A stretch of DNA of 64,000 bases from Haliotis cracherodii (lineage: Eukaryota), in contig NW_027266275.1 of NCBI RefSeq assembly GCF_022045235.1, positions 992,001 through 1,056,000 on the forward strand, given 5' to 3'. The notes beneath the pieces were generated by a model, which was not told the origin of the DNA, searched no databases, and saw only the letters and a program-made list of their open reading frames with translations. The first letter of the stretch is position 1; each line of letters opens with the position of its first letter. Shown here piece after piece: positions 27,501 through 40,800 of this stretch. A program made the translations under genes and the position numbers.

Positions 27501-30500
27501 ATGTTTAGTGGCCGAGAGAGATCTGGTAACTCTCACAGATCACATCACGACTGGGCACAGGATGGTGCTGATGCTGGTGCAGACATCCGGGCTGCTGTGG
27601 CAGGCAGGCTTCTTAATAGAAGTCTGAATAGATTCATTATCAATAAGCTGCATCTATATGTATACAATCCTTTGAACAAAGAATTTGTCCAACATCATCA
27701 ACGGTTTGATCAACAGAATCAGTGCATTGTCAGTGGAACCTACAGGCTACATGAGTATGAATTGTGTTAAGTTAGACCATTGTCTTGATGTAGGCCATTG
27801 TCTTGTTGTAGGCCATTGTCTTGTTATAGGCCATTGTCTTGTTGTAGGCCCTTGTTTTGTTGTAGGCCATTGTCTTGTTGTAGGCCATTGTCTTGTTGTA
27901 GGACATTGTCATGTTGTAGGCCATTTTCATGTTGTAGGCCATTGTCTTGTTGTAGGCCATTGTCTTGTTGTAGGACATTGTATTGTGGTGTATTAGTGTT
28001 GTGGTGTATTAGTATTGTGGTGTGTAAGTATTGTGGTGTATTAGTATTGGGGTGTATTAGTATTGTGGTGTACTAGTATTGGGGTCTATTAGTATTGTGG
28101 TGTATTAGTATTGTGGTGTATTAGTATTGGGGTGTATTAGTATTGGGGTGTATTAGTATTGTGGTGTACTAGTATTGGGGTCTATTAGTATTGTGGTGTA
28201 TTAGTATTGTGGTGTATTAGTATTGGGGTGTATTAGTATTGGGGTGTATTAGTATTGTGGTGTTTTAGTATTGTGGTGTATTAGTATTGTGGTGTATTAG
28301 TATTGGGGTGTATTAGTATTGGGGTGTATTAGTATTGGGGTGTGTTAGTATTGTGTGTAAGTATTGTGGTGTATTAGTATTGTGGTGTATGAGTATTGTG
28401 GTGTATGAGTATTGTGGTGTATTAGAATTATGGTGTATTAGTATTAGGTGTGTATTAGTATTGTGGTGTGTAAGTATTGTGGTGTATTAGTATTGGGGTG
28501 TATTAGTTTTGTGGTGTATTAGTATTGTGGTGTATTAGTATTGTGGTGTATTAGTATTGTGGTGTATTAGTATTGTGGTGTGTAAGTATTGGGGTGTATT
28601 AGTATTGGGGTGTATTAGTATTGGGGTGTATTAGTATTAGGTGTGCATTAGTATTCTGGTGTATTAGTATTAGGTGTGTATTAGTATTGTGGTGTGTAAG
28701 TATTGTGGTGTATTAGTATTGTGGTGTATGAGTATTGTGGTTTATTAGTATTGGGGTGTATGAGTATTGGGGTGTATTAGTATTGGGATGTATCATTATT
28801 GGGTGTGTATTTGTGTGATGGTGTAAAACTATTGTGTATTAGTATCATGGACGATTATTTAAGCTATACTATGAAGTGTCTACTGTAAGTATTGCAGACA
28901 AACAAGGGGATAAGTATGTTAGAAATGTTTAGTCCTGCCATGTGGGACTTGGCCTCATCTCGTGAGTGTGTGTCTGAGTGAGATCAGATTCATCAAGTAC
29001 AAGAGTAATGGGTTTTATATGCATCTTAAATTGAGGAGAGCTCTAGACATGTCCCTGGTGATATAGGGCCCCTCATTGGTAGTGAGTTGTGTTATAATGT
29101 TGGGTAGTGAGTTGTGTTACACTGTTGTGTAGTGAGTAGTGTTACACTGTTGTGTAGTGAGTAGTGTTACACTCTTGTGTAGTGAGTAGTGTTACAATGT
29201 TGTGTTGTGAGTTCTTTTACAATGTTGTGTTGTGAGTGGTGTTACAATGTTGTAAAGTGAGTTGTGTTACAATGCTGTTTTGCTGGAATTGTTGCTGTTG
29301 TGTTGCTGGAATAAACTGCCATACCTTGTATGGAAAGTATATAAACCTCCTTGGATAAAGCTATTGTAGGAACAGTTAAACTCATTAGAGTAGTGTCTGT
29401 TTTCGTATGTTTTACCTCTGCCACCTAACAATGCAGGCTTTACTATTGCCAGCCAGTTGGTATGGAAACTTCCTGTGTGTGTATTTCATCCATAGAATCC
29501 CCAGTAAGCAATATGAACACAGCGATGTGGGTGATGTACGACGGATGGTCACATGCAGCCACATGGACTGAAACTTGATATTTGCTGTGAGAATCCAAGA
29601 CATGTTACCAGCCAGTGGTCTTCCTCCTCTGCTGTATAGACGGAGCACCTCCAAAGGTCATGGAAAAAATGCTCTTGAGAATGTTCAAAGATATTTTAAA
29701 AGAAAATTAGAAATCTCAAATTTGGAATCACATCACCATGCATGGACGTTGCCATTTCCTTCACAACATCCATTATATCAGAGTTTTCATTCTTGTCGTG
29801 CTGTGCGATCAATATTGCTACTTTTTTCCTTGTGAAACCGAATCAGGATACTGTGGTACAAAATTTAATGGTCTAATTAAAAACATCAGTGCCTTAGGAG
29901 TGTTCCTGCTTGGTGGGGATATTGTACCCTGATGAACAATCACTGGCTTGTCTGGTCCAGACTCGGTGATTTGCACCCTGCTGTCACATTGCTTGAAATG
30001 GCTGAGTGCAGCATTAAACAACAATACAAGCATACATACACAATGTGGCGAGCATGCAGGTCATGTCATACAGGACCACTACCTACATTCAGGGCCACTA
30101 CCTACATTCAGAGCCGATACCTACATTCAGGGCCACTACCTACATACAGGGCCGATACCTACATTCATGGCCACTACCTACATTCAGGGCCTACATACAG
30201 TGCCGATACCTACATACAGGGCCAATACCTACATACAGGACCACTACCTACATACAGGGCCAATACCTACATACAGGGCCAATACCTACATACAGGGCCA
30301 CTACCTACATACAGGGCCAATACCTACATAAAGGGCCACTACCTACATACAGGTCCACTACCTACATTCAGGGCCTACATACAGGGCCAATACCTACATA
30401 CAGGGCCACTACCTACATACAGGACCACTACCTACATACAGGGCCACTACCTACATTCAGGGCCACTACCTACATACAGGGCCACTACCTACATACAGGG

Positions 30501-33500
30501 CCACTACCCTAATTCAGGGCCACTACCTACATACAGGGCCACCTCCTGAACGTAGAAAAGTTGATGTCAGCATATCTCAAGCAGAAGTCTACTTCCCCAG
30601 AATCACCTCTTGTGTTCTGACTGATTCCACATTGTCGAGCTTCGGAGACACTGATTGAGTTTGGTTTATGAGAACATTTCCAGTTATTGCATGTCCAGGG
30701 ATTGTGACTGAGTTGGGTTTAACACAGTGATGTCTATGTGATAGCTGAGGGTGTGATAGCTGAGGTTGTGATAGCTGAGGGTGTGATAGCTGAGGGTGTG
30801 ATAGCCAAGGGTGTGGTAGCCAAGGGTGTGATAGCCAAGGGTGTGGTAGCCAAGGGTGTGGTAGCCAAGGGTGTTGTAGCCAAGGGTGTGACAGCCAAGG
30901 GTGTGGTAGCCAAGGGTGTGGAAGCCAAGGGTGTGATAGCCAAGGGTGTGGTAGCCAAGGGTTTGACAGCCAAGGGTGTGGTAGCCAAGGGTGCGATAGC
31001 CAAGGGTGTGGTAGCCAAGGGTGTGGTAGCCAAGGATGTGGTAGCCAAGGGTGTGACAGCCAAGGGTGTGGTAGCCAAAGGTGCGATAGCCAAGGGTGTG
31101 GTAGCCAAGGGTGCGATAGCCAAGGGTGTGGTAGCCAAGCGTGTGCATGCTGGAGACGAGGGACACTATCCCGCATATCACCCACTGGCATGCAGTAGGA
31201 AGGTGGACCCTTGTTATGGAAACTCTACATGATGATGTTGAGATTTGATATGATTCTATAACACAGGTCATGGATAATAAGGATATATACAAGGTGTGGA
31301 TTACAGAATTGTTACAGAAAGATGTGGTGTAAAAGGAGTACATAATAGCATGCCTTAAAAGTTTAGAATCACAGACGTTGGAACTAAGTTAGCTTACTAC
31401 CGCTCCATCTCTGAAAACAATCTAACTTGTTCTGTATGGCTTACAGTACTGCAACACTTTATTAGTTTCTAAGCACCCAGTGCGCTTATTACAGAAAATA
31501 CAGAATGTCAAAGTTGATCTTATTAATACTCTTTTGACCTGTGTGTCTGTGTTCAGTCTTTTTACATCTTGCTAGCTCAGTCATTCACGATATACTCGTA
31601 ATAACATTTTGACAGAAGCAGTGTATAAGTATGTATCGACTGGTAACAAATGAATAAATGAATAATAGATAGATAACTTTTGAAAGTTTCTTCTTCCCTG
31701 TGACATTTGAACATGAATTGCCCCCTGGAGCCCCATCTTGGAGCACTTGCCGACTGCCACAGTTGATGTGATGGGTGTCTGACTTGGGTCTGACTGTGGC
31801 ACAGCATGCCAAGGATACACTTCTATCTTTGGAGACACTATACACTATTCTATGAAGAATGATGAAAATCAATGAAGTATTCCAGACAAATATCATGTGA
31901 GAAAGCATCTTTGCCAATATTGTTTGATATAATGCCCAGTGACCTGTATGCTTGATAATCTTGATGTCTCCCTGCCCGGACTGCATTGTATGTCACCCAA
32001 GTAACTCCCCAGACCAGACCCCCGCTCCCCAGACCAGACTCACCCAGACAGGACCAGACCCCAACCCCCCAGACCAGGCTCACCCAGATAAGACCTGACC
32101 CCCGCTCCCCAGACTGGAGTCACCTAAACAAGACCAGAACCCCACCCTCCAGACCGGACTCACCCAGATAAGACCTGACCCCCGTTCCCCAGACCGGAGT
32201 CACCTAAACAAGACCAGAACCCCACCAACCAGACCGGACTCACCCAGATAAGACCTGACCCCCGCTCCCCAGACCGGAATCACCTAAACAAGACCAGAAC
32301 CCCACCATCCAGACCAGGCTCATCCAGACAAGACCAGACCTCTGCCCCCCAGACAAGACTTATCTAGACAAGACCAGACCCCGCCCCCTAACAGGCCCAC
32401 CCAAACCAGACCCCGCGCCAAGATCAGACGAACCTCAGACCAGACTCTCCCAGACCTGCCCCGACACACCTGCCCCACCCCCTTCCCCTCAAACCAGAGT
32501 CCCCAGATCCAACTATTGATGAATTTGACAAGGTGAGGCTGGAGTCAGACACTGCCTATCAGCCAGGATGGCCTGTGGTGTAAGGAAACACTCCCGTAAT
32601 TAATTAATTCATTCTGTATATGTCCACCAGGCTGACCGAGGAGGTTTCCCTAAGGTATTGACTGGATGCAGAATAAATTCAATATGGACTTGTAATTACG
32701 TATCTATCTTCGATATAATTGACAGATATTTATTTGATTTATCTTATAAGTCTGGCAATAGAGCAATTCTCTGCTTTTTATTCAGACCATTTATTGAATC
32801 CCTAGATAGGAACTGGCCAGAAATAAAAATTCACCATGAATAACAAGAATGGCTGAGTGGACACAGTTAGACATGATTGCACTTCTTCTTGCCTCAAGTT
32901 AATAAAGAAGAACTTGCAGAAAATAGTTGAAGTGATTGAAGAATACGTTACAGCTCCATGTCTCCGGGGTCACCGGTTCCTTAATCTAGAGAGTCTCATC
33001 TTGCCTCTGCAGAGTTCATTTCGAGATTAGGAAAAAAACAACCTACAAGCAGTGGTGAGAAGCCCATGTTACCTTCACAACATGAATGATATAAATATAT
33101 AGACTATAGTAAACTGGAGCTAGTAACATGCAAACAGATCAGATTCATGTAGACAGCTGTTACCAGACCTAGCAGTGATGCCATATACCACTTCCCCATC
33201 ACCTACAGATTAGACCCATAACTCTGCTACTGTTGAAACCTAGCTGTGATGCAATATACCACTTCCCCATCACCTACAGATTAGACCTAGCTGTGATGCC
33301 ATATACCACCTCCCCATCACCTACAGATTAGACATAGCTGTGATTTCATATACCACCTCCCCCATCACCTACAGATCAGACCTAGCTGTGATGCCATATA
33401 CCACATCCCTATAACTCTGCTACAGTTGAGACCTAGCTGTGATGTCATATACCACCTCCCCATCACCTACAGATCAGACCTAGCTGTGATATCATATACC

Positions 33501-34859
33501 GCCTCCCCATCAACTACAGATCAGACCTGGCTCAGATGTCATATACCACTTCCCCATCACCTACAGATTAGACCTAGCTGTGATGTCATATACCACCTCC
33601 CCCATCACCTACAGATCAGACCTAGCAGTGATGACATATACCACCTCCCCCATCACCTACAGATTAGACCTAGCTGTGATGACATATACCACCTCCCCAT
33701 CACCTACAGATTAGACCTAGCTGTGATGACATATGCCACCTCCCCATCACCTACAGATCAGACAGAGCTGTGATGTCATATACCACTTCCCCCATCACCT
33801 ACAGATCAGACCTAGCTGTGATGTCATATACCACTTCACCCATCACCTACAGATCAGACAGAGCTGTGATGTCATATACCACTTCCCTATCACCTACAGA
33901 TCAGACCTAGCTGTGATATCATATACCACCTCCCCCATCACCTACAGATCAGACCTAGCAGTGATGCCATATACCACTTCCCCCATCACCTACAGATCAG
34001 ACAGAGCTGTGATGCCATATACCACTTCCCTATCACCTACAGATCAGACCTAGCTGTGATATCATATACCACCTCCCCCATCACCTACAGATCAGACCTA
34101 GCAGTGATGCCATATACCACTTCCCCCATCACCTACAGATCAGACAGAGCTGTGATGCCATATACCACTTCCCCCATCACCTACAGATCAGACCGAGCTG
34201 TGATGTCATATACCACCTCCCCCATCACCTACAGATCAGACCTAGCTGTGATGTCATATACCACCTCCCCATCACCTACAGATTAGACCTAGCTGTGATG
34301 TCATATACCACTTCCCCCATTACCTACAGATCAGACCTAGCTGTGATGTCATATACCACCTCCCCCATCACCTACAGATCAGACCTAGCAGTGATGCCAT
34401 ATACCACCTCCCCCATCACCTACAGATCAGATCTAGATCTAGCAGTGATGCCATATACCACTTCCCCCATCACCTACAGATCAGACCGAGCTGTGATGTC
34501 ATATACCACTTCCCCATCACCTACAAATCAGACCTAGCTGTGATGTCATATACCACTTCCCCATCACCTACAGATTAGACCTAGCTGTGATTTTGTAAAC
34601 CACCTCCCCATAACTCTGCTACAGATCACAACAGCTGCTGTCTGTTCCTCAGTCAGAAGTCGTATATGTTGAGCATCAGTGGAAAGCCAGCAATGTGGCA
34701 GCAATTAGTCCAAATGTTCTGAGTAAACATGTTAACTACCTGAAGTCTATTTCCCCGTTACATGACTCAAGGGCAGTTGTTGCATATGTTACAATGACAA
34801 GAAACATCCCTGGGAACTGTAACTAGCGTGTGCGTCTGTTTGTCTGTTAATGTGTGTGT

Positions 34860-34893
<34 letters not shown>

Positions 34894-37800
34894 CTGTCTG
34901 TTTGCCTGTCAGTGTGTGTCTGTCTGTCTTTGTGTCTGTGTGTCTGTATGTGCATCTGTTTGTCTGACTGTCTGTCTGTTTGCCTGTAGTGTGTGTGTGT
35001 CTGTCAGCGTTTGTCCAGGGTTTGAAATTATTAGTGGCATCGTGCCGAGGACACACCTAAAACGGTAATGGCCCGGTGAATCCCTTCCCTGTATGCCCCT
35101 TTGGCCAAGCCCTGGTCACGTCAAAATAGTATTTAACTTAATGAACCTACCTGTCATATCATTCATTTATTACATTTGTCACATTTCACAATGTCTGAAA
35201 TACGTATTTTATTTCAATTTATTATTTTTTATCAATAGATTAAAAGATAATTCACTAGATCTATTTCCCGTAATAAAAATAAATAAATAAAAATAAAAAT
35301 GTATCAATCAAATCTTTAAATATATTATACAAAGTAATAAATAAAATCAACAAAAATATATCTAAAAGTTGTCAAACTTACATCTAATACAGACCATATA
35401 CCAGTATATGCCGGTATACCATATACCAGCATATGGTCTCTCGTTATTATTCTCATCTTTTCGTGTGATTGAGTGTATTGTGAGTCAAATGACAACTGGA
35501 CTTTTGTCGCCCCGAATCCTCCGCACGGACAATGTTTATGTTAAAATTATATGCATGAAAAATCTTTGTCACAGCTCCCGTAACCTGCCACGATACATCC
35601 ATGAAGTTTCATATCTTCAATATAGATCGCGATTTCCTGCTTAAAACGTTCAGAATAACACGATTAAACAAAAACCTTTCGTCAAAATCTGAAATTCATC
35701 ACACACGAGGACAGTACCATAGCTGTAATTCGATGGGCTGCCTTAAGTCACATGCTCAAATTTGACCAATAACGAATCTTGTAGCCAGATTTTGGCAAGA
35801 AAGCGTCATTAGAAACCAATAAAATCGCATGTTACAGTTACGTAAAGACTCTAGGCGAGTTGACTGTCGTGTAGATGACAAAATAACCCTTGTAGATAAT
35901 GGTGTGTCACATGGCACGTATTATTCATGCGAAGCTTCGATAACAGAGATATTTCTTCAAGTCCTGAGTGGACAGTCGCTGTTATCAGGAAAATGATGAT
36001 GACAGATCTTATTTGTAATTCTTTTAAAATTATTTTCTGATTACGTAAACTATAAAAATAAAAAAAACATGAAGTGGATTTTATGAAATCTTATATTTGC
36101 CAAAAATCATCAAAGTTTTGCTTTCTTTAGTTGTAAATACATTATTTAAATAATGTGATAAACATAATTTTCATATGTATAAACAGTAGGATTAGACCCT
36201 TCATATGGTGTATAACATGTGGTAGCAAAGATGTTTTACAAGCAGATAGGCTGAAATCCCACTGTCAAAGTTGATGACTGTGGCTCAGTGCATACATGGG
36301 GAGGAGGGGGGTGGAGAAGAACCACACAAGGGGGAGGAGGGAGGTGGAGAAGAACCACTCAAGGGGAAGGAGGGGGGTGGAGAAGAACCACTCAAGGGGG
36401 AGGAGGGGGGTGGAGAAGAACCACACACGGGGGGAAGAGGGGGGAGGGGAAGAGGGTGGTGGAGAAGAACCACACACGGGGGGAGGAGGGGAAGAGGGGG
36501 GTGGAGAAGAACCACACACTATGGACACAGAACAGCTAAAACTGTAACTGACAAGTGCACAGCTACTCCCAGTTGTGAACAGAGGCTCTTAAATCTTGAG
36601 ACTATTATAATTGGTATTGCGGTATTTAACTAAGATTCAAAGGCAATGAGTAACCAGAAAGGAGTAACTTGAGTGATGTGTGAATTTTCGGATTGATCAT
36701 TCATTCTAAGTATAATTTGACATGAATAAAGACAATGACAGTCACTTGACTTGTATTTTAATTATGATTAACCATTAAAACAGTTTAGAAGCCATTCATG
36801 TATTTCCTGGCACACCATAACATGTGATGGCAAACTTAATTTGGCATAACTGTGCCCATTGGCACACTTGAAATAAATTTAATTTCGATCCCTGGTGTCT
36901 GTCTGTCTGTGTGTCTGTCTGTCTGTCTGTCTGTGGTGTACTTTCATATAACATATAACAAGGCAAACGGGCGTATAGTAGATGACATACTATGTGTGAA
37001 CTGTAATGTGTGCTGTAGTGAAAAGGTCATGTAAACTGTTGTACTATGTGTGAAGGTCATGTAAACTGTTGTACTATGTGTGAAGGTCATGTAAACTGTT
37101 GTACTATGTGTGAAGGTCATGTAAACTGTTGTACTATGTGTGAAGGTCATGTAAACTGTTGTACTATGTGTGAAGGTCATGTAAACTGTTGTACTATGTG
37201 TGAAGGTCATGTAAACTGTTGTACTATGATTATTTCAGGCTTCAAATGACCAGAAACTTGTTTCATGTTTTAATGTTGCTAAGCTGTGTTTAAGCAGCTG
37301 GTGCTGAGAATAGAGCATAACTAAAGCAGATATTTTATGAAGGCTTCTTTGATGTGCACCATTCCCCTGAATCTGGCTCTGTTTGCTGCTACGTTCCCAG
37401 CTACATCAAATATACTTACCGGTACCAAACATGGCCTGAAACTATGAACTGCCTTGCTCGGGAACAGTGCTGTCTAATACTAAGCTGAGGTGTGTATTCT
37501 GAATATCTGAATATACAGTTGGCTGTGGAAGATGTTGGTAGGTTATATGCCACTCAAGGGAGAAGACGAATACAGATAGCCAAACTGGGCACTCTTTGCA
37601 GTATTCTCTATTTCTCAGTGCAGTAATGCGTGGATTGCAGGATTTCTTTACACCCTATTTCTCTGTGTGCAGGATTTCTTTACTCCCTATTTCTCTGTGT
37701 ACAGGATTTCTTTACTCCCTATTTCTCTGTGTGCAGGATTTCTTTACTCCCTATTTCTCTGTGTACAGGATTTCTTTACACCCTATTTCTCTGTGTGCAG

Positions 37801-40800
37801 GATTTCTTTACTCCCTATTTCTCTGTGTGCAGGATTTCTTTACTCCCTATTTCTCTGTGTGCAGGATTTCTTTACTCCCTATTTCTCTGTGTGCAGGATT
37901 TCTTTACTCCCTATTTCTCTGTGTGCAGGATTTCGTTACTCCCTATTTCTCTGTGTGCAGGATTTCTTTACTCCCTATTTCTCTGTGTGCAGGATTTCTT
38001 TACTCCCTATTTCTCTGTGTGCAGGATTTCTTTACTCCCTATTTCTCTGTGTGCAGGATTTCTTTACTCCCTATTTCTCTGTGTGCAGGATTTCGTTACG
38101 CCGGGGTACAATACAGCAAGGAGTGCTGGTGCGGAGACAGTTACGGCAAACACGGACACAGCCCAGAGAGTCTTTGTGAAGGGAAGTGCTCGGGCGATGG
38201 CTCACAGAGGTGCGGTGGCTACCTGACCAGCAAGATCTTCAGCACCGGTGTTGGAGGTGAGAGGGAGGTATTATCTGGGTGGTGTTGGAGTGGAGGTGAG
38301 GGATTATCTGGGTAGTATCGGAGGTCAGAGGGAGGGATTATCTGGGTGGTGTTGGAGTGGAGGTGCAGGGTTTATCAGGGTGGTGTTGGAGGTAAGAGGG
38401 AGGGATTATCTGGGTGGTGTTGGAGGTGAGGGGGAGGGATTATCTGGGTTGTGTCGGAGGTGAGAGGAAGGGATTATCTGGGTGGTGTCGGAAGTGAGGG
38501 GAGGAAATTATCTGGGCGGTGTTGGAGGTGAGAGGGAGGGATTATCTGGGTGGTGTCGGAAGTGAGGGGAGGCAATTATCTGGGTGGTGTTGGAGGTGAG
38601 AGGGAGGGATTATCTAGGTGGTATCGAAGGTGAGGGGGAGGGATTATCTGGTTGGTATTGAAGGTGAGGGGAGGGATTATCTTGGTGGTATTGGAGGTGA
38701 GGGGGAGGGATTATCTGGGTGGTGTCGGAAGTGAGGGGAGGAAATTATCTGGGCGGTGTTGGAGGTGAGAGGGAGGGATTATCTGGGTGGTGTCGGAAGT
38801 GAGGGGAGGCAATTATCTGGGTGGTGTTGGAGGTGAGAGGGAGGGATTATCTAGGTGGTATCGAAGGTGAGGGGGAGGGATTATCTGGTTGGTATTGAAG
38901 GTGAGGGGAGGGATTATCTTGGTGGTATTGGAGGTGAGGGGAGGGATTATCTGGGTGGTATCGGAGGTGAGAGGGAGGGATTATCTGGGTGGTGTCGGAG
39001 GTGAGGGGGAGGGATTATCTCGGTGGTATTGGAGTTAAGGTAGGGGGGGTTGGTAATCCGGTTGGGGTTGAAGGGAGGTGTCTACTTCCATACTGTATTA
39101 TAGACCACAGGGTCGGTGATGGTTGAGTTGGGAGGAGAGAAGGGTTGTTGAAGGGTGGGGATTGATTGGGAGATGGAATGTGGGCAGTGGAGGAGGGTGT
39201 GGCTTAGTTTGACGTGAGTAACTTGAACAAATTAAGTAGTTTGAATTTTGACATTGAAAACTTATATTGTTCTTTAACAAAGCTTGAGCAGTGATATTAT
39301 CCTGAACTTCCATTGTAACATTTTCTATCATATCCATAAATATTTCCAGAGAAGAAACGTTACCAGGCTCCCCTGGTGCGAGCAGGAAGTAACGAAGCTG
39401 ACAGCACCGTGAGAATCGTGTTTGTTCTGACTCTGAATGGGCGGCAGGTGCGACAGGTGGTGCGCCTTCTCCGCAACATCTACCATCCCCAACACTACTA
39501 CTTCCTGCACATAGACAAGGTGAGGGGAACATACCCAGCGCTACAACTTGATGTCACCCATGAAGATCCGGGGTAGAATAGGTCTTCAGCAACCCATGCT
39601 TGATGTTAAAGGTGACGATGCTTGTTGTAAGAGGCAACTAACAGGATCGGGTGGTCAGGCTCGCTGAATTGATTGATGTATGTCATTGTATCCCAATTGC
39701 GTGGACCAATGGTCATAATATCAGTCATTGGATTGTCTGGAGTGTGGCGCTAAACAACAAATGAACAAACAAACAAACTACTTGATGTGCTTGATGAGGA
39801 CTCAGTCACATCCTCCTCGGATATCTTATTCTTCCATTTCAATAAAATATCACTGAGATTCACTGAAGGTAAACAAAAGTCTGACTAAACATAGATAAAT
39901 CTACTGGTTTGTATTTCGATCTCAACATTCAGCATGTCCATACCAGATACAACACTTCCCAGTCCAGTACAGTGATTGTACGTTAAAACTTTTCAACAAC
40001 TTGCCCACGCCACCCATCAGATGTGGTACAGTGATTGTACATTCAAACTTCTCCACACATCAGGCGTGGTTCAGTGATTGTAATTCTACTTTTCTTGTGT
40101 AGGATTGGCTGATTTTCAAACCTGAGATATAAATGTATAACATTTTATGGATTCATTTAAATCTAGAAGTGTTTCAGAAAACTTAAAGCTTCCATTCTGC
40201 ATTCTGACCTGTCACTTCCTGTTTCAGCGGCAGGAGTTTATGTATCGAGAGTTACTTCCCCTGGAGAAGTTGCTGCCCAACATCCTGGTGACCAAGACAA
40301 GGTTCTCTACAATCTGGGGCGGGGCCAGTCTCCTGCAGGCTCACCTGCACTTCATGCGGCAGCTACTGGACACCGCCTGGGCCTGGGACTACTACATTAA
40401 CCTCAGTGAGAGCGACTACCCCATCAAGTGAGTACATCACCCTCAGTGAGGGAGTACCCCATCAAGTGAGTACATCACCCTCAGTGAGAGCGACTACCCC
40501 ATCAAGTGAGTACATCACCCACAGTAAGAGCGACTACCCGATCAAGTGAGTACATCACCCTCAGTGAGAGGGACTACCCCATCAAGTGAGTACATCACCC
40601 TCAGTGAGAGGGACTACCCCATCAAGTGAGTACATCACCCTCAGTGAGAGGGACTATCCCATCAAGTGAGTACATCACCCTCAGTGAGAGGGACTACCCG
40701 ATCAAGTGAGTACATCACCCTCAGTGAGAGGGACTACCCCATCAAGTGAGTACATCACCCTCAGTGAGAGGGACTATCCCATCAAGTGAGTACATCACCA

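Noticed and set aside
30589-31343. Repetitive proteins (HPWLP, AKGVV, ATTPL repeats)
   Set aside because: Translations of a 15-bp intronic minisatellite in several frames; no splice or codon support.
37596-38088. N-terminal part of the 239-aa ORF as constitutive coding sequence
   Set aside because: It is the amplified acceptor array; WSC continuity with exon A requires the 38088 acceptor.
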